A model generated the notes under the pieces. It was not told the origin of the DNA. It was given only the letters and a program-made list of their open reading frames with translations, and did not search any database. Position numbers and translations under genes: made by a program. From Podarcis pityusensis (Eukaryota), in assembly GCA_964106645.2 (NCBI GenBank), contig OZ067039.1: 64,000 nt of DNA. One strand, 5' to 3'. Positions 52,801 through 64,000 of this stretch are shown in pieces (the stretch's first letter is position 1; every line of letters begins with the position of its first letter).

Positions 52801-54532
52801 CTGCTCCTGGAGGTTTGCCAGAGCCTGTGCATTATCTGTAGATAATATAAGGCTTTTCTGTTGGAAGCAGCAATGGGAGGCCTGTAGTGGCTTTGTCTTG
52901 ATGATATTTTGATGCTTTCGGTCTATTTTTAAACATGAGATCCTTTCTGAACATTTGGAAGCTGGCAGGATGCAGATTTAAACAAATAATGGGGATGTGT
53001 TCTCAGGCATGGTTGCTACTTCCCACCAGCTTAGAAAGTTTAGGCTGTATGCAGAGCCAGCAGGAACAGTGGGACCAGTAGCTTTAATGTTGACTGGTCA
53101 GGTAAGCAATCTGCAGTTGGTTTTGCTAGGCCTATTTCAGTGCATCAACAATGACTATGCTGAGGCCTCTTTCTGCTGGAGCCCACTTCCCTTGGCTTGG
53201 GGTTGCCGTGACCCAGCACAGAGCTTTCCCCACCTGCATGCCCATTGATCGTCTTATCACTTGCAGGTGTGTGCTGAGCACCAGGGGGCCAGCAAAATGT
53301 GGTGTAAAATTGCCCATAATTGCCTTGTTAGTGGCAATGGTGGGCCCGTGCCACACTGCTCATCCGTCATCACGCAGTGTGTGTCAAGCCACACCTGTCC
53401 GCTTTATTGGGAATCATCTTAACAAATGAGGCATATCGTGCTCACTGGGGCTCCCCTCCCTCCCCAGCTGGTGCTGTCAGAAACTTCACATGCCGGGATA
53501 CACCAGAGTTGGTAGGGGAAGAGAGGATCCACTTTACAGGGGTTAACTGGTGTCTCCCTTGGTGGGGAGGGCTCTGGAGAGATTACTTTCCCTCTGTTAA
53601 CTCACAGCATGAAAGAAAAATAGCCTCTCTGCAAGTGTCCACTGCCCTTGCCAAGGATATGCAGAATGCCCCCCCCCCCCAAAAAAGTGGGACGTTCTGT
53701 GCCATTCTGAAGGATAGTCCGTTGTAGAGACCATGAGCAAGCCATCCTACAGGAGAAAACTTTTACTGTTTCCATTTTCATGTCACCATAACTACAGAGT
53801 AGTATTGTAATCAGCACTTCTGTGAGCCAGAGCGATTCAACAGCTTACAGACATTAGCCGTTGTGATACCTTGGAGCCACCTGCTTGAATATTAGCAGAA
53901 TCGACAGTCCAGCCATTCCGAACATGTGGTTTAGGTGTCCTGAAGCTTATTCACAGGGGGATAGATGCATGGGTGTTATTTTCTTTTTTCTGTGCTTCAG
54001 CACAATGAAACTCCTGGTGCTTTCCAGAAATGTAAAATGTATTTTCGCCGTGTGCACGGCCCAGATGCCTTCTCTCCAGTTGCTGTGGTTGGAAGGGAAT
54101 GACTGGGACTTGGTCCTTCAGGGCAAAGCTGAAATATTGCACTGGTTGTCCTTAATACTACCAAAGTTCTTAGCACCATGCAGGTGGTGAATAGTTGGTG
54201 TAAAACAATACCTGGTTTGTGTGGCAGTACTGTGGGGAGCAGAGAAGAGGATGTTGTGTCAATAGGTTGAGGTGGGAAAGGTGGATTATTATTATCACTG
54301 CTTGGAGGACAGCAACCTATTCAGAACATCTGTCTGGGTTTTAAGCATTTGCTATCTTCATTTTAGTTTACCTGATTATATGTTTATTTTGTAACCTGCA
54401 TGGAGCTGTAGATATTTAAATAAGCCCTAGATATATAAATGTTGGGTGGGCTGCTGAGTTGTTATGGCATGCAGGCAAACTGTTGACAATGGCCTAATGA
54501 ATCCAATAACAGTCTGGTTTGTTTCTTCCTAG

Positions 54533-54684
54533 CTGACACCTGAAACAGGCCCCCGGCAGGGCGGTACTCGCTTAACCATCACTGGAGAGAACCTGGGCTT
54601 GAAGTTTGAGGACGTACGCTTGGGTGTGTGGGTTGGCAAAGTGACGTGCATGCCCATCGAGAGCGAATACATCAGCGCTGAGCA
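54533..54684 (+). CDS. PLXNA1: Plexin A1 internal exon (IPT3): [50 protein letters not shown]
   Basis: ttcctag acceptor, GTGAGT donor; 152 nt, phase 0 to 2; translated by hand. Confidence 0.96.
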
Positions 54685-54959
54685 GTGAGTAACCTCCAAA
54701 AGAGGGCTGGCAATGAAGGGATGGGCTGTGGGAATATCTCAGTAGTATATTGGTCCTCTGGTCTGCTGGACCAAGATAAAAGCCAAAGCTTTGCTAAAGA
54801 AAAGCTTTTGCTAAAGATGCTGCTTAGGGTTGATGAGGTCATATCTGTTTCTTATACAGTCTGGTTTCAGGCTTAGTTTCAGGACCAAAAGAGCATTGGT
54901 GGATTATCTGTGCCAGAAACTAGTTGGGGAGTTTATCCCTGTTGGTTCTGCAGCATTTG

Positions 54960-55436
54960 ATACCATGGAGAATTCCTGGGATGCTTGGCTGGTATAGGCA
55001 CTGGGAACATCATTTTATGGTAGAAGAAATTCAGAAGGTAGTCTTGGAGGATGCGTTGCCCAGCCTCTTGGTTGATGGCTTGTGGCTCTTTTTCACCCCC
55101 TCCTTTTAAAAAAATGTCTACATGAAGCTGTCAGGGTACGGCTTCATCTATACACTCATGATACCTAGCTCTATCTCTCCTTTTCAACTAATCTGATGAA
55201 GTGGTGGAAATTTTAAACCATCGTCTGGATGCAGTGAAGGACTTGATGGGGACTAACAAGGCCTCAGTCCACATAAGACAGAGGTGCAATTGTTCAGTAG
55301 AGAAGCTAATTCAGGACTGAGTGTCCATCCAGTCTGAGATGGGGTTGCATTAGCTCTGAAGAATCAGATTCACTATTTGGGAGTGTTCTTAGATGCAGCA
55401 TTACTCCTGGAAGTTCAGGTGGCTACTGTGACCAGG
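54960..55436 (+). mobile_element. Degraded L2-type LINE RT fragment
   Basis: Broken translations QKVVL, HLYTHDT*LYLSF (YADDTQLY region), LDAVKDLMGTNK...KTEV, LGVFLD. Confidence 0.7.
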
Positions 55437-55479
55437 TGGTCTAAATGTCACTGTCAGCACATCGTGGGATGTGAAGGAC

Positions 55480-55680
55480 CAGTGTGGTCTAGTCAAGAAG
55501 AGTTGAACTGGGACTGGGTTCAGCTCCCTGCTTACTTATGAAGCTCACTGGGTAACCATAGGAGTAACTACTGTATCTCTTGTCCTAACCTCCCCATATG
55601 GAGAAGTTACGATAATATATAGGATGACAAGTGAATGGACACCTCTCTTGAGTTGTTTGGAGAAAAAAGATGGATGGAAG
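55480..55680 (+). mobile_element. Degraded tRNA-derived, MIR-like squamate SINE
   Basis: CAGTGTGGTCTAGT head and ATGAAGCTCACTGGGTAACC...CCTAACCT body. Confidence 0.4.
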
Positions 55681-56704
55681 AGTGGCTAGAAATACCTAAT
55701 GAAACTTTCTAGATAGCTTCTGTATTTGGTTGCACAAAATACTGGCAAAATGTCAGTATTTTGCAACATTTTATGAGAATGATTCATCTGACTTCATTAG
55801 TAAGAAATAGTTGGTGAATGGCTCTACATGACTGACTGGGAGACTTAGTCTTCCAGTCTTTCACAGGCTTTCTTGAAGCTATGATTTTGGAAGATTTTAA
55901 CTTTCTATCCTTAGTGGTGGTGGGTTCTTTTGCAGAGTTAGCATTAGCTAAAAGTCCCGCTCTGGATATTCTGAATGTATTTTCAGGCTTCTTAGCAAAG
56001 TCCTTGATGTGTGTTGGGAGATCTGCACTATCTAAAGCTGATCAATTCTGGCTAGCCAGCTGGAAGCAATAACTTCCTTTTCTCTCTGTATATCCTTCTT
56101 TGTTCTACTGTCTTAACAACTCAGGCTATTCCAATTTAAAAACATGTATAAATTTACAGAGCAAGTTCAAAAAGCAAGAGGATTTAATAAGAGAAATCAA
56201 TTTATGAACATGTGGGTGCCTTTCCTTTCATATGCAGATAGCAGTGATTTCAAATACGTGTGCTGGAAATGTGTAGGATTTTTTTCGCATTGTTTAATTT
56301 ATGGACGGTGCATTAACACAACTGCAATAGGAGCAAGGAAGGAGGGAAAACAGGGGTTCTTTTCTGTTTCTCTTTGTATTTTGTTAAATTTTAATTGATT
56401 TCCTGCTGAGTTGAGTGTTACAGCACTCGTAATATTTTATATATTTTGCAGTTTTGATATGCCTATTGTTCAAAAGTCAATTTGATATGTGCTGAGAAAT
56501 CACTTCCTGAAATTGTGAAATGGCATTTAATTAAAAAGCAACAGCAACAGCCCAGGAAAATGTGACGACAAGTGCTTGTCCTTACTATAAATTAGAGCAG
56601 AAATAACTGGCTTCTTGGCCTGAGCAGGTGGCCTGAGAACTGCAGGCCAGCTCTGCTGAGACATTGCGTACATGTTATACAATCACTTACTGTGCCTTCC
56701 CCAG

Positions 56705-56825
56705 GATCGTCTGTGAGATTGGAGAAGCCAGCCCAAGCAAAATCCAAGAGGCCCCTGTGGAAGTTTGTGTCAGGGACTGCTCCCCCAGCTACAAGGCTAT
56801 ATCCCCCAAAAGCTTCACCTTCGTG
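56705..56825 (+). CDS. PLXNA1: Plexin A1 internal exon (IPT3 end): IVCEIGEASPSKIQEAPVEVCVRDCSPSYKAISPKSFTFV
   Basis: ttccccag acceptor, GTAAGG donor; 121 nt, phase 2 to 0. Confidence 0.96.
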
Positions 56826-57095
56826 GTAAGGATGTATTCTTCTCTATCACCTTTCCTTACTTTGAATCCCACTTTCCTCCTATAATTAGTTTTATTTATC
56901 TAAATTTTGCAAGACCACCTATGCACTTGACTATCTGACCCACTTTTTATTATGTATTAGAATGTATTGTGGTCCTGTGGTGCACAAAATGGCTGAGGTC
57001 AGAGGAAATTTCCCTTGCAGCATTCACTTTTATTGTTCCTGGGCACCAAGGACACCTTCTGAACTCTGTGAACTTGCTGTGTTTCCCTTTGACAG

Positions 57096-57232
57096 ACTCC
57101 CACTTTCTCGCAAGTGTCACCAGCTCGGGGCCCTGTCTCTGGGGGCACCTGGATCAGCATAAAAGGAAAGCACCTTGATGCAGGAAGTGACATCACAGTA
57201 ACCATTGGAGGGCAACAGTGCGCCTTTCCAAG
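57096..57232 (+). CDS. PLXNA1: Plexin A1 internal exon (IPT4): [45 protein letters not shown]
   Basis: tttgacag acceptor, GTGAGC donor; 137 nt, phase 0 to 2; translated by hand. Confidence 0.95.
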
Positions 57233-58281
57233 GTGAGCCTCTCATGGGTGGAAACCATTGTGGAGCGGAGTGCTCCAAACGCACTGAGCAATGTGAACGA
57301 AGGGGATGCAAGGATGTGTGTGTGAGAGAGTATGTATTCTAAAATAAGGTACCACTCTTAAGGAGCCAAGCAAAAACTCCCCGTGTAATTCTTTTCAAGG
57401 CTCATTTTTTTTATATTTTGGGGTTAAAAAGACCGAAGACTGTTGAATTTCTTTTCCCTCTAAAAAGCACAAATCCCTGAGCCATGAAGTGGATAATTTT
57501 TAGATTAGGGATGATAATGGAGCGGCTCTTTAAATATTTTCGTGCAGTAATTACTGGTTATCAGCTCTAATCGCTGCTGTTTGCAGCAGCCGTACGATGG
57601 GGAACGCTCCGGAGTTGCGCTGGCTCTGCCGGCTGCCTTTGCTTTATTTTTCTTTTTGTGTTAACTGATAATTTTAGCATCACTTCCCCAAGTCAGGGAG
57701 AAATGGGGTACCACATATAGAGGGTGGCACTTCACTCCTTTATTCCTTTGTGTCAGATGTGAACAGTTGGACTGATCCATGGCCTGGGAGCAAGGCTGGA
57801 TTCTTTCAGAGCAGGCCCCATTGGGTTCTCTTCCACATTTTATTCATATATGAGCTCAGGGCTACGCCGACATGGGATTTGCATTGATGCAATCAATAGC
57901 TCAGCTGTCCTTGGGCACTCCTCAGCTCCTGCTAGAAATTACAGGAAATGCCATGTCTAAACCTTTAGGTAGACTTACTTTACCCTTTTGTAGATTAGCA
58001 GTCTGCCCTTCAGCTGAGCAGCTCTGGGAATCAGACATACAGTTTGTGGCCCATGGTGCTTGTGGTGAGAAGACATTGGTGCACTACACATATCTATTTA
58101 ATGGGGCAAATTTTTGCTGCCATGTAGTGTTGGTAGAAAGATCAAAAAGCTTGACACCAGGCAGAGTATCCAAGTTTGTTGCTGAGATTGTGGCATGACA
58201 TGGCACCAGGAAGAATATTTGTTGGCCCTTCCTATAGCTAAAGATGTTGATTTTGTTTCCCTCTTTCTCTGCGTCTTACAG

Positions 58282-58449
58282 GAGAAATGCTGTTGAAATC
58301 CGGTGCAGGACACCACCTGGCCAAAGCTCAGGAGAGTCTCCCATCCTCATCCATATAAACCGGGCTATACTGAGCAGCCCTGAGGTGGCATATTTCTATA
58401 CTGATGACCCCACCATTCAGAAGATAGACCCCGAATGGAGCATCAACAG
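58282..58449 (+). CDS. PLXNA1: Plexin A1 internal exon (IPT4 end, IPT5 start): [14 protein letters not shown]...[15 protein letters not shown]
   Basis: tcttacag acceptor, GTAGCA donor; 168 nt, phase 2 to 2. Confidence 0.95.
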
Positions 58450-58737
58450 GTAGCACTGAAGGGAGTGGATTTGCAGGATAAAAATAAAGAAAAGAATGTG
58501 CATATTAGGAATATTGGTGGTTGTTCATCCATTTAGTAGCAGCTTTGCTGTACTTTGGAAAGCTTTGCGTTTTGCTAAGTCACTCTGCCAGAAATCAGGA
58601 TGATTTCCTCAGAACCCCACTTCCCAGAACCCACTGCAAGAGGTGTGGTGTGACGTGCATAGCACCCTATGTGCTGGCCTGTCAGTAGAGAATAAAATGC
58701 TGTTCTCATGTTCATTCTCAGTATCTAGCCGTAACAA

Positions 58738-58810
58738 TAATAATTTTATTATTTTATTATTATTTATACCCCGCCCATCTGGCTGGGTTTCCCCAGCCAC
58801 TCTGGGCAGC
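58738..58810 (-). mobile_element. Very short L2-type LINE 3' terminus
   Basis: (TTA)n tail plus TTTATACCCCGCCCATCTGGCTGGGTTTCCCCAGCCACTCTGGGC stem-loop. Confidence 0.6.
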
Positions 58811-60299
58811 TAGCAGTCTCTAACAGACGTTAAGGCAAACATTAAGCCAGTTAAATCACATCCCTGGAAATGGCACTTTGCCTATACTCAATTGACAACA
58901 ATGGAGGGGGCTGCTTCTTTGCCTTGCAGTGCTTCTCTTGAGCCACACATAAGAACGGTGTCTGCTGGCGAGTTTTGTAAAGCTCCTGAAGCAGCAGACC
59001 TTTGAATCTGATGCTGACTTTCTTCCATAGTAGAAATACGAAATGTAACAACCATAAGAGCTATAGCAGCAATTACCTGTTATTTGCAGTGTATACTTCA
59101 GTCATCTAAGGCCCAGGATCAAAAGAGTCAAAGCAGGACCCAGGAAATTTTCCTCTGCAACTGGGCGCCACGTGGAAGTCCAAAATGAAAACTGGAAGGA
59201 GCATGACTCTTTCAGAATGGAATTTGCTATCGGCTAATGCCACTGAATGTGTGTTTGAAAATGTGTATTATGGTTATTTTAAAGAGGATCTAGTTATGTA
59301 GGGAAGAAAGTAAGCTCTGGTTCACTAGGTTAGGCCAGTGCAGGAGATGTGTTTGGTATGACATAAAGTAGTAGGCCAGTGCTGCCTGACACCACTTGCT
59401 AATTGTATATTTTTCCTCTGTTTTGGTGATTTTGATTAAAATCTATGTGTTGCTCTACATGGTAAGTGATGACATCTGTGTGCAAAGCATAGTTAGATGT
59501 GATGTAAGAAGAACTGTGATGTCAGGAGGGTCTCCTTTATTTTCAAGGTTAAAGGAACTATGATGGTGATGGATTAGATTGGTGTCATGGTGATTGGAAG
59601 TAGTGGTAACACTGCAGCATTTTACCTTCTGACTGACTGTTTTCTCCTAGGGAGAAAAATAAACTTTTTTTGGGGGGGGGGTCAATTTTTTTAAAAAATA
59701 CATGTGATCAGCCCCCAGCTTCAGGCAAGTGCCGTGACTCCATTTCAAGGGTCTCTGTAGCTGCTTTTTTCTCAAAACAGCTGTAAGATCTTATTATGGA
59801 CCTCCCAATGTCATGTCCCTTTGAAATGGTCCTCAGAAATATTAGCCTTAAAAAACAGCCTTCATTGTCATCTTCATAGAATTGGAAGGGGGGACCCAAA
59901 AGAAGCACAGCTAATAGACTGAAAACAGCTCTTGTTGTACGATGCATCTCTTGTAGTCCTGGCTGTTCTGAACACAAATGCAGAAGTGGTAGTCTGGGAC
60001 AGAAAATGCTGGTTGTCCTGGTATTCTTTTAGGCTGTCTTATGGTACAAGTGTGCCAGTAGGGCTTCTTGGTTGGGTGCACCCTGGAGAAGAGTGGAATC
60101 CAGAAAGCTTTCTCATTTTCACCAGTTGCTCTCTAAAATTAATCTTGTAGTTTGGTTTCCCCCAGCCTGAACAGAAGGTAAGAGAGACCATGCAGCTTTT
60201 AAAATAACAGAGTAGAAGTGACACCCTTGTTCGGTTCATGCTGCTTGTTCGCACCCCACTGCAGTTTTTGTTTAACCCCGACTTTTGCTTGCTTTCTAG

Positions 60300-60393
60300 T
60301 GGTGGTACACTGTTGACTGTGACAGGCACCAATCTGGCCACTATCAAAGAACCCAGGATCCGAGCCAAGTATGGCTCTGCTGAGAGTGAGAAT
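60300..60393 (+). CDS. PLXNA1: Plexin A1 internal exon (IPT5): [31 protein letters not shown]
   Basis: ctttctag acceptor, GTAAGT donor; 94 nt, phase 2 to 0; translated by hand. Confidence 0.96.
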
Positions 60394-60492
60394 GTAAGTA
60401 AATCTTTGACTTAAGGGAGTCATTTTTAAAAGGAATTAGAAGTCACATGGCCGCCATGATTGCCCATACTAATTCTTTTGTCCAAATGTGGT

Positions 60493-60928
60493 TGTAGTGG
60501 GTATGAGTTACTCGTGCGTAAACTGGTGCCTCTCTAGGCTAATTTGCCTTGTTAAGCCTTTCTGACTGCACAGCCCTTTCTCATCGTGGCTGCCTCAGTC
60601 GCTGGCAGAATCCGTCAGTGGGCGTTTCTTGAACCTCTTCCAACATAAAAGTTATTTGACACCCAGTCTCCTCCTCCTCTCACTGCGCGGGAGTCTTCTG
60701 CGCAGGGAGGGCGTGGGTAGCGGAGGACCTGTGCCCTCCTCACTGAGGTCCAGTGAAGAGTCCTGGAGCCCTCTCTCCGATTCCCCCCTCTGCCCCCCTT
60801 TATCCCTGGTGTTGCGCTGATTTGCTTTCCCCTCTACTGAGCTGTTTCTCCCCCTGCTGCTGGGTCCTTCGCCAGCATCATCTAGGAGCCTCCCCTTCGC
60901 CTCTTGCTCCGATGTCAGTTCCCTGACA
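60493..60928. mobile_element. Solo LTR (436 bp) of an LTR retrotransposon, inserted in a MITE
   Basis: TGT...ACA termini; perfect 5-bp TSD GTGGT (60488-60492, 60929-60933); GC/CpG-rich relative to its flanks. Confidence 0.75.
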
Positions 60929-61255
60929 GTGGTGTTAGACTCCAAGTCCTATCAGACCCAACCAGCATATCCAATGGCCAGGGATGATGGAAGTTGTGGT
61001 CTAGCCGCATCTGGTGGCCACAAGTTTCCCATCCCTAGCATAGATGGAGAATGTCAAAGTGCCTTCAGTCTGAACCTCCTACCTAAGCCAGCACTTCTCA
61101 CCACGTATTATTATGCTGCTACCTCAATGAAGGGGAAAGGTACAGATAACCTTCTGGGAATTAATTATACTTGAACTTGGTGTGTGTGTGTGTGTTGAGT
61201 CAGATGAAACCAATGAAACGCCGTGGATTAAATTTAGTGGCTTCTTCCTTTCTAG

Positions 61256-61492
61256 AACTGCACAGTCTACAACGACACCACCATGGTGTGCTATGCTCCC
61301 TCCATTGACAACCCAGTCCGGAGTCCTCCAGAGTTTGGTGATCGCCCAGATGAAATTGGTTTTGTCATGGATAATGTCCAGGCCTTGCTGATCATCAACA
61401 AAACCAGCTTTGTCTATTACCCAGACCCTGTGTTTGAGTCTCTCCCCTCTGGAATGCTGGAGCTAAAGCCAAGCTCTCCACTCATCCTCAAG
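61256..61492 (+). CDS. PLXNA1: Plexin A1 internal exon (IPT5 end, IPT6 start): [20 protein letters not shown]...[12 protein letters not shown]
   Basis: ctttctag acceptor, GTAATG donor; 237 nt, phase 0 to 0. Confidence 0.97.
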
Positions 61493-61818
61493 GTAATGCT
61501 ACCCTTGGCCCCATTATTGCAGCTGTGCATAAGCTATCCCACCTAGCATAACTAGGGTCCTTACTTCTGCCCCATTCTTGGCATAATTGGATGATTCTCG
61601 CCCCCCACTCACACCTTCCTGCTGACTCCTCGCCTTCACTGCCAGTACAGCATGGAAGAGAAATCAGATGGAGTAGAAGGAACTAGTTTTCTACTCACAA
61701 ATGTGGTCTTCACAACCTATCTTTGTTTGGTGTTAAATGAGCTGCACTGAAAAAACCCCCACACAATCTATACATTTGTTTGAAAGGAGAGATTTGGCAG
61801 TCCCTACAGCAGAAGCAT

Positions 61819-62181
61819 GGGACGCGGGTGGCGCTGTGGGTAAAACCTCAGCGCCTAGGACTTGCCGATCGTCAGGTCAGCAGTTCGAATCCCCGCGGCG
61901 GGGTACGCTCCTGTTGCTCGGTCCCAGCACCTGCCAACCTAGCAGTTCGAAAGCACCCCCGGGTGCAAGTAGATAAATAGGGACCGCTTCCTAGCAGGAA
62001 GGTAAACGGCATTTCCGTGTGCTGCGCTGGCTCACCAGATGCAGCTTGTCATGCTGGCCACGTGACCCGGAAGTGTCTTCGGACAGCGCTGGCCCCTGGC
62101 CTCTTAAGCGAGATGGGCGCGCAACCCCAGAGTCGGACACGACTGGCCGGTACGGGCAGGGGTACCTTTACCTTTACCTTT
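61819..62181 (+). mobile_element. Full-length Sauria SINE (lacertid type)
   Basis: tRNA-like head with A box (GGTGGCGCTGTGG) and B box (GTTCGAATCC), Bov-B-like 3' end GAGTCGGACACGACT, (ACCTTT)3 tail, 13-bp TSD TACAGCAGAAGCA (61805-61817, 62181-62193). Confidence 0.93.
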
Positions 62182-62758
62182 ACAGCAGAAGCACTGCCAA
62201 ATTCTGGTAGTTTGTTCCAATATTACAGGGAGATGAAAACTATATTATAGGAAGAGGCATGAAACTATAGAATGAGAAACAGGAGATCCTGGTTATAATT
62301 CTTCTCTCTCATAATACTTATGAGTTGACTCCAGCCTTGCTGGTCTGCTCCCTTCAACTTAAAATTGTCTTGAGCACACTTGTCACATATTCTTGGATCC
62401 GTTGAGTGGTGTTTCTTTTCATTAAGCTTAGAAATCCTTACACTAATGGTGCGCTACAGTAGGCTTCACACCTTGTTCTTGCAAGAGTGTAGAGAGGAGA
62501 AAAATTGATTGTGTTACAGTGGAAAAGGCAGGAAAAGTGATGCAAATGTTAGCAAATATTCTCTCTCCTATTGAGCATTTTGTCACCCATTGGTCACTTC
62601 TGTTCAACTAAGGATAGTTTGAGGCTGCTTTTGGACCACTTTTTAAGCTGCATAATGTGGATTGAGATGTTGCTCCTTTTGCCCCCTGATCTAGAGAACA
62701 GAACTGAATGAAAAAATGCCTCTCCTTGTGGTTTAGAAGGCTGAGAGTCTACTGGTAA

Positions 62759-62977
<219 letters not shown>

Positions 62978-63630
62978 TGACAACATTGTTCTATGCACTG
63001 GGTGCTCATTATTTTTCCTCCTGGAAGAGCCCCGTGCAGTCCGGGTTGCAAAGAATGTGGAACACATCCCGCTTTTTAATCTTTTTGCTCTCTCCCACCT
63101 ATTCCCAAATCCAGATCCTGCTTTTGGGAAATCTGTTCTCTGTCAGCAGCCGCTCAATATGCATCCAGTTTCCGTGCACCAAACCAACCTTGTAAATACA
63201 CCCACAAAGGTTGTTAGCCTGAAAAGAAAGTTTACTAGCCTGCTGGGGGTTGGCAGAGGAGAACCAGTCCGTCCTGCAGCAGCTTCCCTAGCAGCCCATT
63301 TAGTTTCTCTGTTGGGCACAAAAGGGGGATGGAAAACTCCATCCTTCCTCTGAAGGAATTGAGCACTTACCTGCCTTATCACTTTGCACATGGCGTGTGC
63401 ATAAATACAAGGTCACGCGAGACTATATTATGCATGCTATTAATGCAATTTTTATGTGATGAATTTGCATGTTTGTAATCTCTCTGTTTGAGGCAGCATC
63501 AGAGTAGGAAATCTTGGCAGACCGAAGGAAAGAAATCCAGATTTTGAGATTTGGAGTGGATGATGATTTTTTGGATCTTAGTGTTTGGTGTTCTGCAGGA
63601 GGGACTTCAGAGATCTAGAAGGCTTTTAGA

Positions 63631-63705
63631 GATATAGATATAGATATAGATATAGATATAGATATAGATATAGATATAGATATAGATGATATAGATATAG
63701 ATATA
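63631..63705. repeat. (GATATA)n hexanucleotide microsatellite
   Basis: About 12 units with one interruption. Confidence 0.95.
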
Positions 63706-64000
63706 TGAATGAGAGAAACTATTCCAATTCATATAAAAACCTTTCTGTGGGCCCTTTGTGCCCCAGTTCTGATTCCTTCATGAGTTCATCTGTAACAAAG
63801 CTCTTAATGCTGCTCTTGGGTGTCAGTTGAGCCAATTGCACAGGGTTCAGAGGGATGTACAAATTCCAGTGGTTTCTGTTGCATTATAGAGCTTGTGTCT
63901 GGATGGTATAGTTGCGACTGGAGTGCATGGATCAGTGCTCTCTTTCTCTGCTCTCCTGTGGTCCCTTTTCATGAATAGACTTCACTGAGCCCTCTTTTCT

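Noticed and set aside
58279-58284. NAGNAG tandem acceptor (CAG GAG)
   Set aside because: GAG is a poor acceptor and the effect would be loss of one Arg; no supporting evidence.
60652-60945. 97-aa Arg/Glu/Ser-rich ORF as a gene
   Set aside because: Starts at a non-ATG codon, crosses the LTR boundary and has no recognisable domain.
61819-61895. tRNA gene
   Set aside because: The A and B boxes belong to the SINE head; no complete cloverleaf or oligo-T terminator.

Overview
Eukaryotic (squamate, most likely lacertid lizard) genomic DNA lying entirely inside one + strand gene, plexin A1 (PLXNA1). Eleven consecutive internal coding exons (11285-62932; 1657 nt) have GT-AG boundaries and phases that join into one frame of 552 codons, covering the PSI2 to IPT6 part of the ectodomain. 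The gene's 5' and 3' ends lie outside the window. The introns hold a layered retroelement record: (1) a near full-length processed ATP23 (XRCC6BP1/KUB3) pseudogene on the - strand, with polyA signal, A-tail remnant and degenerate 14-bp TSD, nested in an older L2 LINE fragment; (2) a young 5'-truncated CR1 LINE with an intact RT frame, plus two identical inverted 3'-end copies; (3) a solo LTR with 5-bp TSD inside a MITE; (4) a Sauria SINE with 13-bp TSD; (5) a Bov-B tail, TA-flanked Tc1/mariner MITEs, hAT-type MITEs, older CR1/L2 relics and microsatellites. I see no prokaryote-type system or CRISPR array, and nothing I can call a new biological system with confidence. The best leads are the ATP23 retrocopy (overlapping TGATG stop/start), a possible intronic-polyadenylation route to a soluble plexin-A1 ectodomain, perfect CR1 inverted repeats, and several candidate enhancer blocks. 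Family names and comparisons with human proteins come from recalled sequences, not database searches.
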